Of a stretch of 64,000 nt of DNA, positions 8,904 through 17,600 are shown one piece after another (the stretch's first letter is position 1; each line of letters begins with the position of its first letter). The notes under the pieces were generated by a model. The model saw nothing but the letters and a program-made list of their open reading frames with translations. It was not told the DNA's origin and searched no databases. Location of the stretch: the NCBI GenBank assembly GCA_044345485.1, contig JBIJAX010000002.1, positions 3,501 to 67,500 of the forward strand. Direction: 5' to 3'. This stretch comes from Candidatus Kapaibacterium sp. Lineage in GTDB: Bacteria; Bacteroidota; Ignavibacteria; Kapaibacteriales; Kapaibacteriaceae. The position numbers and the translations under genes were made by a program.

Positions 8904-10502
8904 TTAAAACCTCCAAGAAACACCACCGGAGACAAAAATACCGCGCTGACGGTACCCATTCCACAGGATAATCGTGCTGTTGATCAAATTATCAGCATTA
9001 AACACCACATCTAGGGTACTGCTGGCCGCATATGAACCCTGCATGCGAACATTGAGAAATGCGTCCAACTGGCCAGTATTTTCAATGTCTACGTAGCGCT
9101 TGCCCACGTATTGCATTGCTACGCTTGCCCGAAGATCGCGACTAAACTGACGGCTGTACGACACATCAACGCGAAGGGGCTCATAGTACGGCACCGTTGC
9201 CCCATCTTTCAAGATAGCGGACTGCACTGTTGCTACAGCCAGAAGCCTATCTGCAGAACTTGGCGTTATGTGCATCTCGATACTTCCTTGAAGGATTGTC
9301 GCGTCCAGATAACTGATTCCAAACTGACTCCTAGCGGCGTCCGTCCATACTGGCAAACGAGCAGTTCTGCGCGCGTTCAATGAACCAAGAAACTGCAACG
9401 TTTGTGAAGGATGATACTTCATCTGAGCAACAACTTGTACAACGTCGTACGGGATATCAATGAGAACATCCCGTGATACAAATGGATTCCGCAGAACAAC
9501 ATCCGAGAAGCGTGTTGGGGCAAGGCCGCTGCGAACCTGAACGCCATACGACATAAATGCACTGTTCTCGTACTCAAGTGATGCACTCGCCAGCAGACCA
9601 GTACGCGATTCGCCACTGGTGTTTGTCGCGTATTGGGCGCCGAGTGTTAGCTGGACCTTTAGAGCCGTATCCCCTATTGTTCGTGAAAACGCGGCTTCCA
9701 CAAACGGATAAGAATCGTCGCTCCGTGATTGGAGATCCAAATCAACTCTACCTCTGTACCCACGTCCGAAGTCACCAGCAAGGCCCCCATGGATGCGATT
9801 GTCTGAAGTTGTGGCGGCACCGGAATCCGTTACGTCGTGCAGATTCCAATGCAGGTTGGCAGAAACTGGTACATCACCAACTAAAGCCTCTGTTGCAACA
9901 GCAGCCGACAATCGAGTTGTGCGTCTCGTTGGGGCCAGTGAATCAGCGAACAACGTGTACTCATTGTGCCGCACGAGGATATCTGTTTCGGTGAGCCCCT
10001 TTCCAAAGAGATAAAACTTCTCGGGGGCTACGTAACTACTCGACAATGCAAGACCAGCATTAAGTATAGATGCATTCGGCACCCATTCACTGGAATAGCC
10101 CGCATCGAGGGCAGCGTCTATGCGATAATCACCAACCAAAAACTCTGAGCCGGCAGCAAGTTCGGGGCTAACGTAAGAACCGTACAATACGTCCACGTAG
10201 CCTGTGTGATTGGACCGCTTTCGTTTAAACTCTGGAAGGGGGCGATTGGGCACTAATGGTGAGGGGAACTTTTCGTTCGGATTGAGTGAATCCAGATCAC
10301 GCGTGGTAAGCTTAAAGGGCTTCTGTGGAGTTTGCTTTGCTCCCCCTGCAATATCAACTACTGCCTTCCCTGTAACAAGAAAGTCCGGCAGCTCAAGGGG
10401 CGCGTTTGGCGCACCAGTCTGTGGCTGTTGCACTTGAGCGTTAACGGCAGAAGCGAAGAAAACGACAAGTAGTGCACTCCACACAAGCACGTTGTATCTC
10501 AT
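8904..10502 (-). CDS. predicted outer-membrane beta-barrel protein, unknown function
   Basis: A signal peptide is present (MRYNVLVWSALLVVFFASAVNAQ). The body has alternating amphipathic beta-strand character. The C-terminus ends in an aromatic residue (GGVSWRF), which is typical of BAM substrates. Confidence 0.55.
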   Translation of the reverse strand: MRYNVLVWSALLVVFFASAVNAQVQQPQTGAPNAPLELPDFLVTGKAVVDIAGGAKQTPQKPFKLTTRDLDSLNPNEKFPSPLVPNRPLPEFKRKRSNHTGYVDVLYGSYVSPELAAGSEFLVGDYRIDAALDAGYSSEWVPNASILNAGLALSSSYVAPEKFYLFGKGLTETDILVRHNEYTLFADSLAPTRRTTRLSAAVATEALVGDVPVSANLHWNLHDVTDSGAATTSDNRIHGGLAGDFGRGYRGRVDLDLQSRSDDSYPFVEAAFSRTIGDTALKVQLTLGAQYATNTSGESRTGLLASASLEYENSAFMSYGVQVRSGLAPTRFSDVVLRNPFVSRDVLIDIPYDVVQVVAQMKYHPSQTLQFLGSLNARRTARLPVWTDAARSQFGISYLDATILQGSIEMHITPSSADRLLAVATVQSAILKDGATVPYYEPLRVDVSYSRQFSRDLRASVAMQYVGKRYVDIENTGQLDAFLNVRMQGSYAASSTLDVVFNADNLINSTIILWNGYRQRGIFVSGGVSWRF

Positions 10503-13500
10503 CGCCGTCCTCCCTTCAGACGTTTCACCCGTGCCAACGCGGTCTTTCCGTAGTCGTCGTCTGGACGCAGCTCCGCAACAGTCGTATAGGCCTCGAGTGC
10601 CTCCTTCTTCTGATGAAGCTGTTCATAGCACTCCCCTAGAGCAAGCATGCTCAATGTGTACCAGTCCTCTATACCAGCGTACTCTTCACGCACCCGCACA
10701 AACCACTCTGCAGCACGAACATAGTCGCGCTCTCTGAAATAGGTTGTACCAAGATCATAGAGAACATTTGCAACTACAGATGGCTGATCTACGCGCTGCG
10801 CTAAAAGCTGAAGATGAAAACGTGCGCTATCTATCCGACCATTTTTTCTGTACAGCTGCGCTAGCTTGTATCGCGCCTGTGCCCCATTGACTAATGTTGC
10901 AAACCTGTCTGCCGTAACGCGGTACATTTCAATGGCGGATGAGCTGTCGCCGCGCATTCGGGCGTGCTCCGCAATCTCATATCCAGCGGTTGAGGCGGCT
11001 GCTGAGTCGCTTGCAGGGTTTTCCCAGATGATGCGATAAATACTATCTGATGCCGATAGATTGGCATTCGTTGAATAGAAATAGGCCAAGTCTAGTCTAT
11101 ATGTTTCAATAAACTGACTCTTTGGATGTTGTCGCTCGAGTTCTTTAAATGTTTGAAGAGCCTGCACATTATCATTCATGCTCAGATACGTTTTCCCTAG
11201 CTGATAGAGTGCCTCGTCCTTACGCTGCGCAGACGGATACTTTTTTAGGTACGAGGTAAGTTCTGCAGCAGCAGTTGAATAGTTTTTTCCTGAATAAAAG
11301 ATCTGAGCTTTACTCCAAGAAAAGTCCTCTGCGGCAACTGACTCAGGATTAAGACCAATGAGTGTATCGAGCACGGCAAGGGCTTCGTCTGTTCGACCTT
11401 GACCCACAAGAACCTCCTGAAGACTCTTGGCCGACTCCATTGCTAGCGGATGACTGGGATACTGCGCCATAACGCGTCTATATGTGGCCATCGAAGCATC
11501 ATAGCTACCCATATTGAATTGTGCATCGCCGATCGTGTATAGTGCCCTTACTGCATGATCGCCATCAGGATAGGCCTGTAGCAAACGTTCAAACTCACGG
11601 ATTGCCTCGGCATCCTGTTGTTGCTGGAACGCAATCCAACCAACAAGGTACAAAGCATCGTCTGCCAACCGTGAGCTTGGATATTTCTGAACAAATGCAC
11701 GCATTAGGCGCACTGATCGATCGAGGTCGCCGTCGCGATACGCTGCATTACCCGCCTGGAATCCAGCATATTGGGCTTCTTCACTGGACCCACCCCGCAA
11801 AAAGGCCTGTTCATACTGCGTTGCGGCAGCTTTAAACTGGTGACCGATATACAAACCATCTGCTCGGCGCACCATGGCCTCAATGGCATATCGTGATTGC
11901 GGAAACGTTGAAATCAACTCCTCAAATGCCTTCGAAGATTTGGTGAAATCACGCCGACGGAAATATGTCCATGCAAGTCCATACATCGCTTCTTCTCTGC
12001 GCGGACTTGCGGTGTAGCGGCGCACGATTTCCTCGTAAAACTCCTGGGCATTTTTGAGAAGATCTTCTCGATACATACACTCTGCAAGCCAGAATACCGC
12101 TTCATCGCGTCGAAGATCCTTCGGATGATTACCAAGAAAATCAGTTAACGATGCGATTGCAAGGGATGTCTGGTTGGTTTGTGCTAGACCAATCCCCCTC
12201 TGTAATCTAGCGGACGCAAGTGCCTCGTGTTTTTGGGGCACGGTAAACTGATCTGACTTCTCAGCCAACGCGATAGCTCTTTCGAAGATCGATGAAGCCT
12301 TTGCCCATTGTTGCCGTTGCAGCATACTATTACCGAACATAATCTGAGCACGCAGGATCACCGATGCGTCAGTAGCCTCTCTCTCGGCCTTCTCAAAGTT
12401 CTTCGCTGCCCGTTCATACTCTTGACGTTCATATTGCGTTTGTCCAACTTCGATGAGTGCGTGCGCCTTGTATGGATATCCAGACTCGATAGACAGCGCA
12501 GTAAAGAGCTGCTCAGCTTCAGCTTCTCGTCCAAGTCTCTGCAGACACACCGCCCGGTAGAGCAGCGCCTGTTGGCTGATCTCACTACGTTCAATCCCTT
12601 GCGAGCTGATGATCAGGTCAAATTGTAGTAGAGCCGAATCAGGCTGTTGCAAATTGACAAAACTGTACCCAGCCGAGAGTCGCACAAGTCCAGCATTGGA
12701 GGCCGTTAGATTGCGGCCTAATGCACGCGTCGCACTATCTATAGCCTGCCGATATCGTTGCTGCTGCGCTAGTGCCTGCAATCGAATAACTGATGCGTAT
12801 TCCGAGAGCAGTGCACATCTGGCGCTATCACCTGTCTGCATAAAATGAAGCAGATCAAGATCGATACCCTGTAGTTCGTCCAGAGCCCGAACAGCATTTC
12901 GCTTCTTCATGAAGATCACAGCTCGACGAATCTGCGATTCGGCAGCGTATTCTGTTCGTGGGAACCTTGTTACAACTTCATTGTATGCAGCAAACGCGAG
13001 GCTATCATTACCGTTAATCTCATGCACTTGCGCAATTGCATACAACGCCTGTGCTGCGAGCACGTCATTGCGCGACAGCGAAGCACACTGCGTCCACTCA
13101 CGCTGGGCATCGTCATACTGTCCGAGCTTTGCATAGCACGCACCTAACCAATAATGAGATTGCAGTGCTAGTGAGCGGTAGGTCGTATCGTTTCGACTTC
13201 CGAGATCCCGCGTTACAATTCGTACTGCAGTTTTCAAATGCCCAACAGCGGCTGCAAGATCGGACGATTCTATATTCATGAATCCAGCTTCCAATGCACT
13301 TGAAACTGCATATGGAGAGTTGCTATGCTCTATAAACACTCGCGAATATTGTCCAATTGCTCTATCAGCCATACCACGATCGCCAAACAACCGCCCCCTA
13401 TCAAGCATTGACTGCTCAAATGCTACTGATTGAAGGTAAGCAGGCTGCAACGTCCGCAAGGCTTCTCGTGATCTCGAGAGCTCACCCTTGCTAATGAAAT

Positions 13501-13612
13501 CATGGGATGCATTCAGGCGCAGCAAGGGCGGATCAGGCAACGCCTGCCCGAGCGCTGACACCATAGCGCCCAGTACGAAATGAACTGCTATTGCTACTAT
13601 TATTCGATCCAA
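10499..13612 (-). CDS. large tetratricopeptide-repeat (BamD/YbgF-like TPR) protein
   Basis: The ORF exceeds 1000 aa and carries many TPR units of the YbgF/BamD type (FPRTEYAAESQIRRA, FPQSRYAIEAMVRRA, YPSSRLADDALYLVG, YPDGDHAVRALYTIG, YPSAQRKDEALYQLG). The track start 13642 is a TTG. I prefer TTG 13612 (MDRIIVAIAVHFVLGAMVSALGQA), which is preceded by AAGGAGGA. Confidence 0.8.
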   Translation of the reverse strand: MDRIIVAIAVHFVLGAMVSALGQALPDPPLLRLNASHDFISKGELSRSREALRTLQPAYLQSVAFEQSMLDRGRLFGDRGMADRAIGQYSRVFIEHSNSPYAVSSALEAGFMNIESSDLAAAVGHLKTAVRIVTRDLGSRNDTTYRSLALQSHYWLGACYAKLGQYDDAQREWTQCASLSRNDVLAAQALYAIAQVHEINGNDSLAFAAYNEVVTRFPRTEYAAESQIRRAVIFMKKRNAVRALDELQGIDLDLLHFMQTGDSARCALLSEYASVIRLQALAQQQRYRQAIDSATRALGRNLTASNAGLVRLSAGYSFVNLQQPDSALLQFDLIISSQGIERSEISQQALLYRAVCLQRLGREAEAEQLFTALSIESGYPYKAHALIEVGQTQYERQEYERAAKNFEKAEREATDASVILRAQIMFGNSMLQRQQWAKASSIFERAIALAEKSDQFTVPQKHEALASARLQRGIGLAQTNQTSLAIASLTDFLGNHPKDLRRDEAVFWLAECMYREDLLKNAQEFYEEIVRRYTASPRREEAMYGLAWTYFRRRDFTKSSKAFEELISTFPQSRYAIEAMVRRADGLYIGHQFKAAATQYEQAFLRGGSSEEAQYAGFQAGNAAYRDGDLDRSVRLMRAFVQKYPSSRLADDALYLVGWIAFQQQQDAEAIREFERLLQAYPDGDHAVRALYTIGDAQFNMGSYDASMATYRRVMAQYPSHPLAMESAKSLQEVLVGQGRTDEALAVLDTLIGLNPESVAAEDFSWSKAQIFYSGKNYSTAAAELTSYLKKYPSAQRKDEALYQLGKTYLSMNDNVQALQTFKELERQHPKSQFIETYRLDLAYFYSTNANLSASDSIYRIIWENPASDSAAASTAGYEIAEHARMRGDSSSAIEMYRVTADRFATLVNGAQARYKLAQLYRKNGRIDSARFHLQLLAQRVDQPSVVANVLYDLGTTYFRERDYVRAAEWFVRVREEYAGIEDWYTLSMLALGECYEQLHQKKEALEAYTTVAELRPDDDYGKTALARVKRLKGGRR

Positions 13613-13622
13613 CGGTAAATCA

Positions 13623-13630
13623 TCCTCCTT
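13623..13630 (-). promoter_or_regulatory. Shine-Dalgarno site (AAGGAGGA) for the TPR gene
   Basis: The reverse complement of tcctcctt lies 10 nt upstream of the in-frame TTG at 13612. Confidence 0.5.
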
Positions 13631-13695
13631 ACTGCAAGGCAAATCTACGAACTGTCACCCCCGGTATGGATAGAGGTCCGTAGATTTGCCAGGTA

Positions 13696-14613
13696 ATGTT
13701 CAACGACGGAAAGGGGTATGTCTCCGTGTATCACGTGCTCTTGTATTACCAATTTGTCGCGATCGACGATCCAGAAACCTTTGCGGATCAACATCGCCAA
13801 CTCTGCAACGACCTTGGTTTAAAGGGGCGAATTTTGGTGGCACCAGAGGGTCTGAACGGTACTGTTTCTGGTACCGTTGATGCCTGCAATGCATATCGGG
13901 ATGCGGTAACAAAGGATCCTCGATTTTCTTCGATGTTGTTTAAGGTAGACGAATCAACGGGACATGCTTTTCAGAAAATGTTCGTGCGTGTAAAAAAGGA
14001 ACTTGTGACCTTCCGTGCGGATCTCCCTTCAAATCCTCTCGATGTTTCAGGTCATCGCCTGAGTCCGTCCGAATGGAAGCAGAAGATTGAATCTGGAGAT
14101 GTCATCATTATTGATGGACGAACCGATTATGAGTTTGATATCGGACACTTCCGCGGTGCCATTCGTCCAAACTGCGAGTCTTTTCGTGAATTCCCCGATT
14201 GGATTCGCGCAAACTTTGGAGATAAAAAGGATAAGACGATCCTGACCTATTGTACCGGAGGGATCAGATGTGAAAAGCTGACGGCATTTATGATCCATGA
14301 CGGATTTACAAACGTGTACCAGCTTGACGGCGGCATTGTTTCCTATGGCAAGGACAAGGAAACGCAGGGTGCCCTCTGGGACGGTCTTTGCTATGTTTTT
14401 GATGAACGCGTCACTGTGCCAATCAATCATACCGAGGATCGACGCGTGATCGGCACGTGCCACCACTGCGGCCAGCCAGCAGAACGGTATGTAAACTGCA
14501 GAAACTACCGGTGCCATTCACAACATCTAGCATGTGAGCCTTGCGAAGCCCTGTTCAACAGCGCTTGCAGCATGGAGTGTATGGTTGCTCCAGAAAGACC
14601 TGTATACGCCTGA
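13696..14613 (+). CDS. trhO: tRNA uridine(34) hydroxylase / rhodanese-domain protein (UPF0176, YceA/TrhO family)
   Basis: It has the N-terminal UPF0176 signature (HVLLYYQFVAIDDPETFADQHRQLCNDLGLKGRILVAPEGLNGTVSG) and the rhodanese active-site loop CTGGIRCEK. The C-terminus is Cys-rich. Confidence 0.88.
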   Translation: MFNDGKGYVSVYHVLLYYQFVAIDDPETFADQHRQLCNDLGLKGRILVAPEGLNGTVSGTVDACNAYRDAVTKDPRFSSMLFKVDESTGHAFQKMFVRVKKELVTFRADLPSNPLDVSGHRLSPSEWKQKIESGDVIIIDGRTDYEFDIGHFRGAIRPNCESFREFPDWIRANFGDKKDKTILTYCTGGIRCEKLTAFMIHDGFTNVYQLDGGIVSYGKDKETQGALWDGLCYVFDERVTVPINHTEDRRVIGTCHHCGQPAERYVNCRNYRCHSQHLACEPCEALFNSACSMECMVAPERPVYA

Positions 14614-14638
14614 CAGACGAACTGCATACAAGAGGCAC

Positions 14639-14685
14639 AAAAAGAAAAAGCCCGACACTTCAAAGAGTATCGGGCTTTATTATTC
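14639..14685. terminator. bidirectional intrinsic terminator between convergent trhO and the giant T9SS gene
   Basis: The hairpin is GCCCGACACT-tcaaag-AGTATCGGGC, a 10-bp stem with one mismatch, spanning 14650-14675. It is flanked by an A-rich run upstream (aaaaagaaaaa) and a T-rich run downstream (tttattatt). Confidence 0.55.
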
Positions 14686-14694
14686 GTGCGATTG

Positions 14695-17600
14695 TTACTT
14701 GCGGATAACCATCGGAGCAGAGATACGAAGATCTCCACTACTGATCACCACAGTATAGGTACCATTTGCCAATGCAGAGACTGGAAGCGAGATTGTTTGT
14801 GTTCCAGCTGAAAGCACTACGCCGTTCAATATCTCAACTGTTTGACCGAGGCTATTCACAATTTCGACTGTTGCTGTGCCTGCTTCAGGCATATCAATGC
14901 TGAGCACAGCCTCTGTCGATGCTGGCTGCGGTAGGATGCTGGCAATTCCAGACATTCCCTCCCCGCCTACTTCGACCTCTACGGCAGACGTCGAACCACG
15001 GGATCCATCGCGATCGATTGTTGTAAGACGATAGAGGTAACGTCCTGCAGGTACGTTAACATCGCGGAATACATAGTCGCGACTTGTCTGAGTAGTTCCT
15101 GCTGCTGCCAACGACCCGATTGTTGCGAATGAACCGACGGCGCCTGCGAGAATATCGCTGCGTTCAACTTCAAAGCGATCCGTTGCTTTCTCAGATGCGG
15201 TAGTCCAGTTGACGTCTACATTACGGCCACGGGCCTTTGCATCAAATGAAGACAACTGAACCGGCACTGCAATGCCGCCATTTGTTTCAAAGAAGTCAAC
15301 GATTCCGCGAATGATACGCTCTGTGCCTGTGCGGATACCAGTAGACTGCCAGTGGCGCCAATCAACACCGAGGTATACCGAGTTGAAGTTTAGCGAAGCC
15401 GTAGCAGTGCCCATCACAGAGTCTGCTGCAACTGTACGATCTCCGAGAGGATACACATACGCGCGCTGCACAACACCCGACGTCGTCAAATCACTATACG
15501 GACGCACAAGTGCCGGCTGCGGCTCTGGATCATTGGCAACACCTGTACGTACCACACCTTCTACAGATCCACGAGCAAGAGCCTCACCTCGTACGCGTCT
15601 GCCACTGTATGGGGTTTGCGTTGGGGTATTGGGCGTTGCAGAGGTCACGCGAAGCATGCTCTGAATAAAACTCTGGTCGTTAATGACGTTCAATCCAACA
15701 TGCTGACGTGGGTAATTCTGCCCTGCAAGTGCAAGATTCTTTTTGTCGTTTGCCTTGCCAGCACCCACAAAGAATCGAAGATCACGACGCTCAAAACGTG
15801 ATAGTGCATCATCACTGGAAGACCACCATACCGTCTTGTACATTGTATAGTCGATAGCACGTTCTTCGAAGCCGTCGCGATCAATTACATCAAAACTGAT
15901 ATTGTCATTGATCGGATCCACAACGTAACCGACTTTTTGAATTGTCGTCATGAGGCTGTCACCGTTCAACCGTGACGCGATCTGATTCGGAGTAGCTGCC
16001 GGATCAGCAACGTTCACTGATCCACCGCGCAAGGAAACGATCATGCGCTGGTTCGAGCGGAGCACAAAGAAGCGAACAACCTTTGACGTTACGTTATTGC
16101 TTGCATTTTCATCAGAAGAAACAGACACTTCAATCATGTAGCGCGGTGTTAGGTTATTCACCATCGCTGACTTTGAAGCAGGAACTGTGTATCCCAACCC
16201 AGAGAGCTGCTGGTATGACTGCGGCTCCCAATTGATGTTAAATGCCACACTTACTTCTTGTCCGTTATTCACATTCGCGTTTACAACACGATCGATTACC
16301 GGTGCGCCACTCCATATTGGAGTTGCAAGCATTGCATTGTTCGAGGCCGGAGTTTCAATAAAGACTCGGCAGCGGATTGGTGAATTCGTTTGTGGAAGGC
16401 CGCCATTGTTTCGAATCAGCCCGGTTACAGCTACTGGAGCCTGAGTCATAATGTACTCTGCATCAGAATTGCTACCGGTTGTGGCACGATATACAGTTGG
16501 CTTGAGAACTGTTACTGCCTCAAGGTCCTTGACGTATTGACGGCCATCAAATTCATCGGCACCGAGGTCAAATGGCTGTCCTGCAGCACCCCGTGTGGTT
16601 GCATCGATATCATTGCTGACACCCGCAACCCGCTCACCGCGATTGCTGAGAAGGGACCCGATTGGAGTTGGATTCGTCCTAATACGAAGCTGCTGATTTG
16701 GTGCAACACCGTTGAAGACGAAGTCGCCAGCAAATGAACCCGATACCGAATTGTTATCGCGTTTTGTCCATGAACGCCACTGTGAAATCACACGGAACTC
16801 ATCGTCCGAGCCGGCACTGATTAGATCCGAGTTGTTATTGATCTCAATGAATCGCACCAGAGCTGCAGAACCTACATCAAATGCATTACGATCACTAATG
16901 AGAGCCATTGGATCGTTACCATCGGTCATTTGAACACCTTGGTACAACATTGCTGCATGCATGATAGCGCCAGAGTTCGCTGCCCCCTGCATGATGATTG
17001 CGTTGTTCTTTACAACCGCACCATTGGCATGTTGAACCCCAAGTCCTACGACTGCACCGGAACCGACGACATTGTCGTTCTGCATCATGATCGTGTTGTT
17101 AACGATCATGTCCTTGCGTGTGAAGTAACTGTTGTTGTTTTCTGAAGGAGCAATCAGTCTCTGAACGCCCGTTGCGGTTGTACTGCGCTGAGTGTAGAGA
17201 TGGACACCAGCCATATTTGCGCCGGCGGCTGAACGCTTGAGTCCCCAGACAACATTGTTCGCAACCACTGTTGCTTCGTTCAGCTTCGGGAAAAACTCGG
17301 TACCACCAACACCGAGAGCAGGATATGCATTACGCACCTGCTCTACAACGATTCCTCGTGCCCATGCATCACCAGATACCGAGGAGATTTCGTTGCGTTC
17401 AATACGCGTATTGATGTTGTGGTAGCGGCTAACGCCACCAGCTACGATACCAGCAGCCTCGACGTTCGTTCCACCAGTAGCCTGTGTGCCTACGTTGTAG
17501 ATGCGGTTGCCAGTTACTTGAGCATTATCCTCATATCCGAGGAAGATACCAGCTGCACGAACATTGAAGATCGTATTGCCGCTTATCTGCGTTCCTGTTG

